Virus record (IMG/VR): IMGVR_UViG_2861773553_000003
Span: 1 to 64,000 of that record
Source of the DNA: a virus
Taxonomy: Duplodnaviria > Caudoviricetes
Strand: one strand, 5' to 3'
DNA: 64,000 nt
Part shown: piece by piece, positions 47,090 through 56,759 of the stretch
Numbering within the stretch: position 1 is the stretch's first letter
Layout: the number at the start of each line of letters is the position of its first letter
Position numbers and translations under genes: made by a program
Notes under the pieces: model-generated
Database searches by the model: none
What the model saw: the letters and a program-made list of their open reading frames with translations, nothing else
What the model was told of the DNA's origin: nothing

Positions 47090-48016
47090 ATGCGAGAGCG
47101 ACGGTCAGGTTTGGAGATCGCTGGGTACACGGCGGGCGCGCTCGCGGCTGCCGCTATGGTCGTCCCCGGCGTGATCACCGGCGTCCGCGCCCGCGCGAGC
47201 GTCCCGGCGCAGACGATCATCGGCCCGCCCACGACGCCCACGACGCCCGCGCCCCCGTGCACGTGCCCGACGCCGACAACGATCATGCCGACCGTCACCG
47301 TCACGGAGAAGATCACCGAAACGGTGATCCCGCCCCCGGTCACGGCCACGGTCACGGCCACGGTCACGATCAAGGTCACCACCACGGCCACCACGACCGA
47401 GCGGGTGACCCTGCCCCCGGCCGCCGCGCCGCCGCCCGCCGCGCCTCCGGCTCCGGCCCCGGCTCCGCAGGCCCCGCCTGCCGCGCCCCCGGCCGCCGCG
47501 CAGCCCCCCGCCGCGCCTGCCGCGCCCCCGGCCGCGCCGCCGCCTGCCGCGCCCGCCCGGCCCCCTCAGGAGGACCCCAAGGCCCCTGACGCGCCCGCGC
47601 AGCCTCCGGCCGCTGCGCCGCCGCCTGCCGCGCCTGGCGCACCGCAGGCTCCCGCACAGCCGCCCGCAGGCGCGGCGGTCCCGTCCGCGCTGGGCCTGCC
47701 TGCGGCCGACTCGCCGTCCGCACAGCCGCACGCAAGCCCGCGTGCGGCAGGGCCGCAGTCCGGGCCGCCCGTGTCTCCGTGGTCTGCCATCCCTGCGGCA
47801 GCGGCCGTGATCTCCGCGCTGTGGGCCTGGCGTGCGCTGCGCGCCCGCAGGGCCGCCGCGCAGCAGGCCGCGCAGCAGGCCGCGCAGCAGGCCGCGCCGG
47901 AGTCCACTCCGGCCCCGGCGGGCGCGGACGCGCCCGCCCCCACGACGCCGGACGCGGCACGGCCCGCGCCCGGTCCCACACCCGCCGACGCGCCGCAGCA
48001 GGGCGACGCGTCATGA
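47090..48016 (+). CDS. Pro/Ala/Thr-rich surface or membrane protein
   Basis: Signal-like N-terminus, TVT and PAAPP repeats, C-terminal TM helix plus basic residues, AAQQ x3 (47855-47890). Confidence 0.65.
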   Translation: MRERRSGLEIAGYTAGALAAAAMVVPGVITGVRARASVPAQTIIGPPTTPTTPAPPCTCPTPTTIMPTVTVTEKITETVIPPPVTATVTATVTIKVTTTATTTERVTLPPAAAPPPAAPPAPAPAPQAPPAAPPAAAQPPAAPAAPPAAPPPAAPARPPQEDPKAPDAPAQPPAAAPPPAAPGAPQAPAQPPAGAAVPSALGLPAADSPSAQPHASPRAAGPQSGPPVSPWSAIPAAAAVISALWAWRALRARRAAAQQAAQQAAQQAAPESTPAPAGADAPAPTTPDAARPAPGPTPADAPQQGDAS

Positions 48017-48036
48017 TCCCGGAAGGGAAAGATCAC

Positions 48037-48552
48037 ATGTCCGACAACACCGCCGACATGGTCGCCGCCGTCGAAAGCGCGGGTGAGGCCATCCTCACCG
48101 CGCTTGAGCGGTGGGTGGACACCGACGGCAAGGACGAGAAGAAGCTCGCCCGCGCCGCCGCGTGGCGACCCCCGCTCACGGTCGTGATGTCCTACGCGGA
48201 CGCCGGGGAGCTGACCCCCGAGACGTTCCCCCGGGAGGGGATCATCCCGGCCGACGCGCGCGACCTCCCCGAGGCGATCATGGACCGCAACGGGACCAAG
48301 GTCGTGCTCCGGTCCGACCGGGGCCGCGCGCTGCTGGGCCGCATCAGCCCGACGCACGAGTGGAACCAGTACGCCAAGCTCACCCCCAACATGATCCGGC
48401 AGACCGCCGAGGCGTACCGGGCCGCGCAGCGTGAGCGCGCCAAGGACGCGGAGATCGCGCGGCTTCGCGCGGAGCTGGCCGCCAAGAGCGGCGAGCCCAA
48501 GCCGGAGTCCGCGCCCAAGCCCGCGCCCAAGCCCGCCACGGCGCGTAGGTAG
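48037..48552 (+). CDS. Hypothetical protein
   Basis: GC3-biased frame; start 48013 or 48037. Confidence 0.65.
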   Translation: MSDNTADMVAAVESAGEAILTALERWVDTDGKDEKKLARAAAWRPPLTVVMSYADAGELTPETFPREGIIPADARDLPEAIMDRNGTKVVLRSDRGRALLGRISPTHEWNQYAKLTPNMIRQTAEAYRAAQRERAKDAEIARLRAELAAKSGEPKPESAPKPAPKPATARR

Positions 48553-48621
48553 GTCCACCCCTGGGGGGCGCTGCGGGGAGCGCCCCCCTTCCCCGTTCCC
48601 AGACCAGAGCAAGGACCGATC

Positions 48622-49254
48622 ATGGAACTCCCGATCAACCTCCCGAAGTCCCTGATCCACAACGCCCAGCTCCACAACGTCAACATCCGGGAAGCCGTGA
48701 CCGAGGCGTTGGAGCGCGCGACCCGGTTGCACGAGATCGCCGGGCGCGAGGTCTACGACGTGCACGAGCAGGCCGACGCCGATGGTGAGTGCGCCTTGGC
48801 TCACGAGTCCCTGGAGGGGGACCTGAGGTACGCCATCGCCCGCGCCCGCGCCCTGCTCGTCATGGCGGGGCTCGACCCCGAGGACGTCTGCCGGTCCGTG
48901 GACGTGACCACGTGCCCGATGACCGGGCACGTGATCGTCGATGCGAACCCCGCCGTACTCCACGACGCCGTGTCCGTGATCGAAAAGGAGCTGATCAACC
49001 ACGACCTCGACCGGCGCGTGGCGCTGGCCGTGATCCGCAGCGTGGGTGAGCTGTGGGCGGCTACCGCCGCCGTCGAGCCGCAGGACCTGCGCGCCGTCCG
49101 GCGCGAGGTCCACCGGATCGCGGACCTGTCGGCCGTGTACGGCGCGCGGGACCTGTCCATCGTCGTGAACGCGCTGGCCTACGCGCTCACGTCGGCCGTG
49201 CACGTCACGGTCGTGGAGGTCGTGGACAACAGCGGCCTCCCGAACCTGAACTAG
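48622..49254 (+). CDS. Hypothetical protein
   Basis: AAGGA SD; GC3-biased frame. Confidence 0.65.
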   Translation: MELPINLPKSLIHNAQLHNVNIREAVTEALERATRLHEIAGREVYDVHEQADADGECALAHESLEGDLRYAIARARALLVMAGLDPEDVCRSVDVTTCPMTGHVIVDANPAVLHDAVSVIEKELINHDLDRRVALAVIRSVGELWAATAAVEPQDLRAVRREVHRIADLSAVYGARDLSIVVNALAYALTSAVHVTVVEVVDNSGLPNLN

Positions 49255-49362
49255 GCGCGCTGCGGTCCGCGTGCGCCTTCCCTGCACCCCGCACGCGGAC
49301 CGCACGGCCCCGAGCGCGCGCCGGGCCTCGTGCACACCCCGGCCCGCTGCGCCGGGGCCACC

Positions 49363-49398
49363 GGCCCCCGGCTCGTCCCTGACGAGCCGGGGGCCTTT
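49363..49398 (+). terminator. Intrinsic terminator-like hairpin
   Basis: GGCCCCCGGCTCGTC-CCT-GACGAGCCGGGGGCC followed by TTT. Confidence 0.65.
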
Positions 49399-49685
49399 CT
49401 CATGCCCGCGCGGATGCTGGCATGGCACATGCTGGCGGGCGGATCGGCCGCCAGCACGTGCCAGCACGCGCCAGCGCGACGCGTGCTGGCACGTGCCCGG
49501 CGTAGGCGTGCTGGCGCGCGGGCCTGGGCGCTGTGCGCGCCGACACCGAACGGGGCGCGTCAGCGCCCCGTTCGGGGCGTTCGATCCACCCCACCCCCGC
49601 CGCGCCGATCACGGGGCGGCGATCAACTCGCGGTCGCTCGCCCGGTTGGGTTTCGGGGATCGGGCGGGGGCCGAAGGAGGGGCTC

Positions 49686-50057
49686 CTAGTCGGGGGTGCC
49701 CATGGCGCGCAAGACGCGGTCACGGCGGTCGAGCGCGGCGCGCAGCGCGATGATCGATCCGGCGAGCGCCATCGCGCTGGGCCCGGCCAGGATGATGGCG
49801 GGCAGCGGCGTGGTCATGGACCGGCTCACCCAGTCGGCGGCGTCACTGACCTCGTGTGTCGCCCGCTCGGCCAAGGACGCCTGGAGCGCGGCCAGGGCGA
49901 CGGGGAACTCCTCGGTGCCCAGCGCCTGGATCTGCTCATGGGTGGGGGCCGGCCCCCCGGCCTCGCCCGTCAGGATGTCGATGACGTCATCGCTGACGTT
50001 GCACAGCTGATGCCACACGAGGGCGAGTTCGGCGAGCTCGTCGGGGCTGGCGTCCAT
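49686..50057 (-). CDS. Hypothetical protein
   Basis: GC3-biased frame. Confidence 0.5.
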   Translation of the reverse strand: MDASPDELAELALVWHQLCNVSDDVIDILTGEAGGPAPTHEQIQALGTEEFPVALAALQASLAERATHEVSDAADWVSRSMTTPLPAIILAGPSAMALAGSIIALRAALDRRDRVLRAMGTPD

Positions 50058-50104
50058 GGGGGCATCCTGACACGGGTCGGCCCGCCGTCAAGGGGGTTCG
50101 GTGG

Positions 50105-50308
50105 TCAGCGGGTGCCGCCGATGAGGAGCCAGAGCTTGCGGGCGCGCAGCGAGTCGAACTCGTGGCGGGCGGCCTGGTCCCGCAGGTCGTCGTAGGTGAG
50201 CCCGAGGTCGTCCAGGGCGGCCTGGACGGCGGCGGCGAACTCGGCCTCGGTCACCACGATGACGTCCTCGGGCTCGGCAGGGGTGTCCATGTCGGAAGGG
50301 GTGTCCAT
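50105..50308 (-). CDS. Small hypothetical protein
   Basis: ALDDLGLTYDDL; GGAG SD. Confidence 0.55.
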   Translation of the reverse strand: MDTPSDMDTPAEPEDVIVVTEAEFAAAVQAALDDLGLTYDDLRDQAARHEFDSLRARKLWLLIGGTR

Positions 50309-50442
50309 GGGGCGTTCTCCAGGGATTCGGCTGCGCCGAGATGGGCGGGTTTGTAGGGTAGGCAGTGCGTTCGAGATCACGAGTCTGGGAATGGGGCGGA
50401 CCGGCACAGGCCGGTCCGCCCCTTTTCGTGCCGGGGGGTGCG

Positions 50443-50724
50443 GTGGTCTGGGTGGATCTGGACACGGCGGCGCGGTGGGCCGCCGTGTCGCGCAAGACGG
50501 TCGAGCGGTGGGTCCGCGAGCGGCGACTGGTGTCGCGGCCCGGCCCCGGGGGCCGGCAGGTGCGCTTGGAGCGGGTGATGGCGGTGGAGTCCGAGCGGCG
50601 GGCGTCGCGACGGCGGGGCCGGCCGGGGGCGCGTCCGGGGGGCGGCCTGATATCCGGCCCGGAGGCGGGCCCGGCCGCTAGCGTGAGCGAAAGGTCGGTG
50701 TCGAGCGAGGGGGAGGCGCCGTGA
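50443..50724 (+). CDS. HTH DNA-binding protein
   Basis: DTAARWAAVSRKTVERWVRERRL. Confidence 0.55.
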   Translation: MVWVDLDTAARWAAVSRKTVERWVRERRLVSRPGPGGRQVRLERVMAVESERRASRRRGRPGARPGGGLISGPEAGPAASVSERSVSSEGEAP

Positions 50725-51347
50725 TCATCATGGTGGCGGGGATGCGGGGCGGGTCGGGCCGGACCACGACCGCCTATGGATTGGCGGCCGCGGCCGCCCT
50801 CATGGGCCAGACGGTGCGGCTCATCTTGGTCGACGGGGTCGGGATCGCCGACGGAGCCGGTGGCGGGGACTGGAAGTCCTGGCCCATCTCGATCCACACC
50901 GGCCACGCCGAGGACGTGCCCGGCTGGCTGGCCGCGCGGACCGCGCCGGATGAGGTGGTGATCGTGGACCTGCCGCCGGGCCGCCACGCCTCGCTGGAGC
51001 ACGCGGACGTGATCGTGGTGCCGGTGCATCATCGGGCGTGCATGCCCAGGCCGTCCGCCGGCGCCGAGACGGGACCGCTGAGGCTGCTCGGCGTGGAGCA
51101 CCTGATCACGGCGGGCAGGCCCCTGGTCGTGGTGCCCTGCCGGGTGCTGCCGAGGGAACGGGCCGACGAGCTGCGCGCGGCCGGCCGGGACGGCGGCGTG
51201 TACGTCGCCGAGGCCGAGATCGGCGAGACCAAGGCGCTGCGCATGGCGATCACGCCGTACGCCGTGGCGTGGGCGGCGCTGGCGCCTCTGCACCTGCCGC
51301 TGTGGCAGGAGGTCGCGCACCAGGCCGAGGCGCGCACCGTCCGCTGA
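50721..51347 (+). CDS. Degenerate ParA-like protein
   Basis: MRGGSGRTTTA, LILVD, VIVDLPPG, ADVIVVPV. Confidence 0.7.
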   Translation: MIIMVAGMRGGSGRTTTAYGLAAAAALMGQTVRLILVDGVGIADGAGGGDWKSWPISIHTGHAEDVPGWLAARTAPDEVVIVDLPPGRHASLEHADVIVVPVHHRACMPRPSAGAETGPLRLLGVEHLITAGRPLVVVPCRVLPRERADELRAAGRDGGVYVAEAEIGETKALRMAITPYAVAWAALAPLHLPLWQEVAHQAEARTVR

Positions 51348-51579
51348 CCCCCGGGGCGTTCAGATTCGTCTCCTTTCGTTCGGGTGCGTTCACCCGGTTG
51401 CGCCCGCGCGTGCGGGTGAGGCACGGTGAGAGGGCGTCCTTTCCCTTGGTCTGGGGAACGCAGGTGTGATCCCTTGTTGGCCCAGGCGGTGACCACCGGA
51501 ACGAGGCCCTCCGGTTCCCGGGGGGCCTCGTTCACGTGCGGCAGGCATCCGTCGCCGCGCCTGGGCCGGGCCCCCGCGG

Positions 51580-51966
51580 CTACCCCCGGTCGTCGCCGCG
51601 GACGACCTGCTCCAGAGCCGCAAGGCGCTGGCTCAGCTCGGCCACGACGCGGCGCAGGTCGGCGAGCTGGCGTCCCAGGTCGTCGCCGGCCTCGGACGCG
51701 GCACTGGCATGGTCGCCGACGAAGACGCCTTTGCCCTGCTGTCCGATGAGGCGTCCCTCGGCCCGCAGGAGGCGCACGGCCGCCTTCACCACGCCCAGGG
51801 ACGTGCCGTACCGCGCGGCGAGCTGGGCGGTGGAGGGCAAGGCCTGGCCGGGCCGCAGCTCGCCCCGGCCGATCCTGCTCCGCAGGTCGTCGGCGATCTG
51901 GAGGTAGCCGGGCCGTCCTGTCCACGTGATCGCGGTGTCCCGCTCGGGCTCCGGCGTCCTCGACAT
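51580..51966 (-). CDS. GntR-family winged-helix regulator
   Basis: YLQIADDLRSRI..GELRPGQALPST..L...GKGVFV. Confidence 0.85.
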   Translation of the reverse strand: MSRTPEPERDTAITWTGRPGYLQIADDLRSRIGRGELRPGQALPSTAQLAARYGTSLGVVKAAVRLLRAEGRLIGQQGKGVFVGDHASAASEAGDDLGRQLADLRRVVAELSQRLAALEQVVRGDDRG

Positions 51967-52040
51967 GCACACCCTCCTGCGCTCCCCGCCAACGTAGACG
52001 ACTAAGAGCCTGTTTCCTGTTCCGAACCCCGCAGATCGTC

Positions 52041-52115
52041 GCGCTGCCCAACGGATAGCCGTTTCAGGCACCGGGATAAACCGGACATCGGAAACGGCTA
52101 TCCGTTGGGCAGCGC
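52041..52115. repeat. Perfect 25-bp inverted repeat with 25-nt loop
   Basis: GCGCTGCCCAACGGATAGCCGTTTC (52041-52065) and its reverse complement (52091-52115). Confidence 0.9.
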
Positions 52116-52127
52116 CGAGGCGGGGTC

Positions 52128-52718
52128 TCACCCCGTGAAGGAGGGGCCGGACCCGCGTGGATCGAGCGCCGGTTCGAGCGCCGTGGTGAACGCCAGCAGC
52201 AGCACGGACCGCTGCCGGTCGTCCATCAGATCCAGGTGGAACTCATTGCCGCCCAGGGCGATGGCGGCGTCGAGCACGCCGCGCTGCGCCGTGGAGTGCG
52301 GGATGGAGCCGCCGTTCAGCGCCAGGCGCGCGGCGTCCCAGTTGATGACGGCATAGCCGTCGGCGCGGAACACACAGGCGGCGACGAATTCCTCGTGGGC
52401 GAGCCAGAACCCGTCCTCGATCAGCAGGTTCACGGCGGCGGCGAGGTGGGGGCGGCCCTCACGCGTGACCCCGGCACGCAGTTCGGCGATCAGCTCGGGG
52501 TCCGGGGCGCGGCGGTCCTCCTCCTGTCGCAGCAGGTCCCGCGCCCGGGTGATCTCCTCGGCCGGGCGGCGGCTCAGCTCCGCGTCCAGGTGTCCCAGCA
52601 GTCCCGAGATGCGCAGGAGCGGGCGATCGTCCATCCGGGCAGCCTGGGCGAGCAGCATCAGGTGGGCGGTGGCCACCGCGGCGAACGGCCGGGGGTCCGG
52701 GGTGGTGCGTTCAGCCAT
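52128..52718 (-). CDS. Hypothetical protein
   Basis: AAVNLLI...W...INWDA; GAGG SD. Confidence 0.65.
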   Translation of the reverse strand: MAERTTPDPRPFAAVATAHLMLLAQAARMDDRPLLRISGLLGHLDAELSRRPAEEITRARDLLRQEEDRRAPDPELIAELRAGVTREGRPHLAAAVNLLIEDGFWLAHEEFVAACVFRADGYAVINWDAARLALNGGSIPHSTAQRGVLDAAIALGGNEFHLDLMDDRQRSVLLLAFTTALEPALDPRGSGPSFTG

Positions 52719-52734
52719 GGGTCCTCATCGGGCG

Positions 52735-53220
52735 TCAGCGGGCAGGGGTGTCGGACTGCGTCGCCGTGTACTCGGCCATCGCGCGCATCGTGGGCCCGAA
52801 GTTCTGCCCCGGCCTGGTGGTGGCGTTGCCGGCATGGGCCAGGGCGGCTGCCGCCACGTGCAGGTACACCCGCGTGTCGGCGGCGAGCCGGGTCGCCGCC
52901 TCCATGTCACCGCGGCCGTAGGCGTCCAGGGCCTCCAGCGCCGCCAGCTCCTGGGCGGGGTCGAGCACCTGGGCCAGCAGGGGCGCCATGGCCGCGCGCA
53001 CCTGCTCGCGGTTGACGCCCTCACACGTCCAGACCTGCGGGGACAGGCAGTTCACGGCCACCACGGGGATCATCGCGGTGGCCAGATGCAGGGCCTGCGG
53101 ATGCTGGGCCATGCCGACGTCGAGCTGACGGGCCAGCTCGACGTCGGGAAGCGCGTAGGCGGCGACCAGCCCGAGGGTGAGTGCGGCGGGGCCCCATGCG
53201 GACGGGGAGGGCGGCTCCAC
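52735..53220 (-). CDS. Hypothetical protein
   Basis: AAAGGA SD before GTG; GC3-biased frame. Confidence 0.6.
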   Translation of the reverse strand: MEPPSPSAWGPAALTLGLVAAYALPDVELARQLDVGMAQHPQALHLATAMIPVVAVNCLSPQVWTCEGVNREQVRAAMAPLLAQVLDPAQELAALEALDAYGRGDMEAATRLAADTRVYLHVAAAALAHAGNATTRPGQNFGPTMRAMAEYTATQSDTPAR

Positions 53221-53818
53221 GGACGTTCCTTTCTCCGGCGGGCTCGGGTTTTCGCCATCATCGCGGTTTACGCTCCTGGCCGCAGGTGGAACGGCGCTGT
53301 CGGGGCCGTGCGGGGCTTGCGGACTTGACCTAGGGTGCGCCATGATCTCCCTTTGATAGGGCGCGTCTACCCGGGACCCTGGGGTGGGGCCGGTGACGCG
53401 AGCGACGCGCCCCGCACCCCCGATCCCGTACCCGGCGCACCCTGGTTGGTTGCTCACGGCCGGGCGGATGTGGGGGGAGCGCTGCGACCGTGGGGGGATC
53501 CACAGACGTCGGCCTCAGGGCGGGCGTCACGGTCGCATGCGCGCGTTTCGGGTGCCCGTGGCCGGGATGGTGGTGGCTCAGAGTCCCGGTCACGGGCCCC
53601 CGTCCAGGATCTGCCGCAGGTGCTCCTCGATCCAGTCCCCGGTGAGGTGGCACCGGGCGAGGTCGTCGAGCAGGTGCAGGTAGGCCGCCGACAGGGCCGC
53701 CAAGGCCGCGTCCTCGTCCCCGTGCGGGGTCATCGGCTCCTCCTCAGGGGGCGGGGCTGGGTCCATACCCGCGTCATCTCCTTCGGCCCGGCCGGCCGTA
53801 CACCGGCGGGTGCATCTT

Positions 53819-54394
53819 TCAGGACTGGCCGAGCCGGCGGGGCTGCGGGAGCAGCGTCGCCGCCGCCAGCTCCTGGCCGGGCGGGGACAGGTCGAACAGC
53901 CGCCGCGGGGGCCGGCCGGGTTCGGGCTCGGTGAACGCCGTCACCCAGCCGCACCCCTGGAGGTAGGTGAGCATGCGGGAGGCCTGCCGGTAAGGCACGC
54001 GGGCGCGTGAGGCGAGCTGGCAGGCGTCGTCCGGGCCCAGCGCCAGGGCGGCCAGCATCGCCCGATGCACGCGGTCGGCCCCGGCGTCCGGGTCGGCCCT
54101 CTCGCGCCGCCACCAGCGGCGGCGGTGCCGCTCCGACAGGTGGAGGAAGGCGGCCGCCTTGAGCCGGCCGCCCTCGGTCAGCCCGATCTGGGGCGCGCCC
54201 TCCTCGCCGCGCGAGGCCACCACCCAGTCGACGGCGCGGAGCGCGTTGATGGCGACCATGACCGGCGTGGAGGCCTCCACCGCCGCCGCGAGCGGAACCG
54301 GGGCCGACAGCAGCGTCTTCAGCGCCGCACGGAGCGCGGGGTCATCGCCGAGGCCGTCGGCGCGCAGCGGGAGACGGGAGCGGAACAGGGGCAT
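53819..54394 (-). CDS. PadR-like winged-helix protein
   Basis: LASRARVP..ML..L...GWV..GRPPRRLFDLSPPG. Confidence 0.65.
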   Translation of the reverse strand: MPLFRSRLPLRADGLGDDPALRAALKTLLSAPVPLAAAVEASTPVMVAINALRAVDWVVASRGEEGAPQIGLTEGGRLKAAAFLHLSERHRRRWWRRERADPDAGADRVHRAMLAALALGPDDACQLASRARVPYRQASRMLTYLQGCGWVTAFTEPEPGRPPRRLFDLSPPGQELAAATLLPQPRRLGQS

Positions 54395-54397
54395 GGG

Positions 54398-54886
54398 TCA
54401 CTCCGGGGAGATCAGCAGGGGGGACGGGGCACGGCCCAGGGCGTAGTCGACGAGGGTGTCCATCTCGTCGCTCTCGCCGAGGGACGCCAGGGCCGCGATG
54501 ACGATGAGGCGCTCGACGGCCTCGGGCGCGGTGCCGGGCGGCAGCCCGAGCGCGACGGCGTTGACGACGCAGGCCGCCTCGTAGCAGACCCGGCGGTTGC
54601 GCGCGGTGTTCGCCGTGTACGGCACGAGCACGACGTAGTCCATGTCGTCAGGGTGGTGGATGTGCCGCCAGTGGTCGTGATCGCACTGGCCGGCCTCGGG
54701 CTCGTCCTCCAGGGAGACCAACTCCCAGTCGGCGTGGGCCCTCAGGTGCTCGCTGAGCTGGGCGGGGCCGGCGGTGAACGGCACGACGGCGAGGAGGCCG
54801 GTGCCGGGCAGGCGCCGCAGGGCCCCGTGGACGCGGGCCAGGGTGGCTTCGTCGAGCAGGTCGTATCCGTCGGGCAGGGAGGGCAC
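54398..54886 (-). CDS. Hypothetical protein (paralogue of 54898-55407)
   Basis: Shared VVPFTA.P.QL.EHL...ADW, C.E.A.V.NA.ALGLPP and GRAPSPLLI.PE motifs. Confidence 0.7.
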   Translation of the reverse strand: MPSLPDGYDLLDEATLARVHGALRRLPGTGLLAVVPFTAGPAQLSEHLRAHADWELVSLEDEPEAGQCDHDHWRHIHHPDDMDYVVLVPYTANTARNRRVCYEAACVVNAVALGLPPGTAPEAVERLIVIAALASLGESDEMDTLVDYALGRAPSPLLISPE

Positions 54887-54897
54887 GGGGTCCCCTT

Positions 54898-55407
54898 TCA
54901 CTCGGGAGGGATCAGCAGGGGGGACGGCGCCCGACCCATGGCGACGGCGAAGACGGCGGCCATCTCGGGGATCTCGTCCATGGTCGCGGCCGACAGCGCC
55001 GCGATGACGGTCAGGCGCTCGAACGTCTCGTCGCTGGCGATGGGCGGCAGTCCCAGCGCCAGCGCGTTGATGACGTAGGCGGTCTCCAGGCAAGCCCGCC
55101 GGTCGTCGTCGGTGACGGCCAGCCCGGCCGGGATGGACACGATGTACTCATCGGCGTACTCGCTGTCCACCGCGTGCCTGCGGTGCTGGAAATACAGGTG
55201 TCCGGGCAGCGGTCCGATCAGCGGGTCCGGGTCGGGCACGAAGGTCCAGTCCGCGTCCGCCATCAGATGCTCATAGAGCTGGTCGGGGCGCGCGGTGAAC
55301 GGCACCACGGGGTGGGTGTCGGCCAAGCGCTTCAGCGCCTGGCGCACGGCCGCCAGGAACGCGCGGTCGTCGTCGTCGAACTGCTCGGGCAGGGGCGGCT
55401 CACTCAT
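54898..55407 (-). CDS. Hypothetical protein (paralogue of 54398-54886)
   Basis: Same shared motifs. Confidence 0.7.
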   Translation of the reverse strand: MSEPPLPEQFDDDDRAFLAAVRQALKRLADTHPVVPFTARPDQLYEHLMADADWTFVPDPDPLIGPLPGHLYFQHRRHAVDSEYADEYIVSIPAGLAVTDDDRRACLETAYVINALALGLPPIASDETFERLTVIAALSAATMDEIPEMAAVFAVAMGRAPSPLLIPPE

Positions 55408-55419
55408 CGGCGGGCTGCA

Positions 55420-55755
55420 TCACGCCGGCTCGGGGGGCAGGGAGCCCGGGGAGTCCGGCACCGATAGTTCCTCGCCCACCAGCTCCGGGCCCAGCAGGTC
55501 GATGGACATGAGCATGAACACGTCCGCGATCGCGCCACTGGGGAACTTGGACTCACTCAGCGCCGCGGCCATCGCCGACAGCGCGACCAGGAAGCGGCCC
55601 ATCTGCGCTTCGGTGAGTCCCGTGGGCGGGTTCGCGCGCAGCCCGTCGGCGAATCGCCCCGCCGCCCGACGTTCGTTTTCGAGCCGGGCACCGTCCCTGT
55701 GCAGGGCCTGCAGGACCTGCTGCAGGGCGGTGCGCTCGCGTGGGGTGAGGCTCAT
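55420..55755 (-). CDS. Hypothetical protein
   Basis: GGAG SD; overlap with the upstream stop. Confidence 0.6.
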   Translation of the reverse strand: MSLTPRERTALQQVLQALHRDGARLENERRAAGRFADGLRANPPTGLTEAQMGRFLVALSAMAAALSESKFPSGAIADVFMLMSIDLLGPELVGEELSVPDSPGSLPPEPA

Positions 55756-56099
55756 GTCGTGGCTCCATCGTCGTAGACCGCGTTCCAGCCCAGCCGAACG
55801 GACTGGGCGTTGAGGAGGTACCGCCAGCCGGCCGGGCGGGCCTGGCCCGCCGGATTGCGCCAGGTGATCCCCAGCCGCTCGGCGTCGGACCTGAGGAGGT
55901 CGAGGACCGCGCTCAGCCCGGACCGGTCGCGGCCGTCGCCGACGGCGTCGCGGGTGCGCAGCGTCCCCTCGGTCGAGCCGGCCGCCAGATCGGGCTGGGG
56001 GCTGACGAACCAGCCCTCGTCGTTGAACTGCACCCGGCCCCGCCATCCTGCGCCGTCGTGCCAGACGCTGATGCCGCTGGCCCACCAGTGGCCGATCAC
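55752..56099 (-). CDS. Hypothetical protein
   Basis: AGGAG SD then GTG; forms the 3' part of the listed 55752-56684 ORF. Confidence 0.55.
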   Translation of the reverse strand: MIGHWWASGISVWHDGAGWRGRVQFNDEGWFVSPQPDLAAGSTEGTLRTRDAVGDGRDRSGLSAVLDLLRSDAERLGITWRNPAGQARPAGWRYLLNAQSVRLGWNAVYDDGATT

Positions 56100-56684
56100 G
56101 ACCGCTCCTGCGGGGTCGCGGACACGAGGGACTCGGCCACGTCCGCGAGTCGGTCGATCAGGACGTCGCACAGATCCGGGGGCACGTCCTCGATGGCCCC
56201 CGGCGTCGATCCCCAGCTCGTCCATCAGCGCGGCGGCCGTGCGCCGCAGATCGCAGGCGCCGCCGGGCGTGGCCTGGCCGGGGTCCAGCCGGGCCCGCAG
56301 GCTGGCCGTCATGGCCTCCAGCACGTCGCTCAGCGGGGCGCCGGCCTCGCGCGCGTGCCGGGCGATCTGGGCCGGCGGGGGAAGCCATCCGGCCGGGATC
56401 GCCTGCGCCGGGTGCGTGCCGGTGCGCACGGCGGCGAGGTCGGTGAGGGTGACCCCGGTGATCGTGACGCGCCCGCCGTACGGGGCGCTCAGCAGGGTCC
56501 GGAACAGGTCCTCGACCCGGTATGGGTCGCCCAGGTCCGTGGACAGGTGCCGGGTCATGCGCCACCCGTCCGCCGTGGGGGCGATGCCCATCTCGGACAG
56601 GGCGTCACGCTCGTCGGGGGTGAAATCGGGCTCGACGCGGAAATCCGTCAGCACGCGCCAGGCGTACTGCAGCCGGATACTCAC
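56096..56684 (-). pseudogene. Hypothetical gene with an apparent +1 frameshift in a homopolymer
   Basis: Removing one base from the C5 run at 56197-56201 gives ...AIEDVPPDLCDVLIDRLADVAESLVSATPQERS* with a GTGA overlap. Confidence 0.55.
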
Positions 56685-56759
56685 AAACGGGTCTCCTTAC
56701 CAGGGACGCAGCCGCACGCGGTATCGCGTGCGGCTGGCAGCGGATCGAACGAGCAGGGA

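Noticed and set aside
47330-47900. Tandem DNA repeats in the Pro/Ala-rich gene
   Set aside because: Explained by low-complexity protein linkers (TVT, PAAPP, AAQQ)
52003-52017. TAAGAGCCTGTTTC resembling an IS5-type end
   Set aside because: No partner end or transposase found in the window
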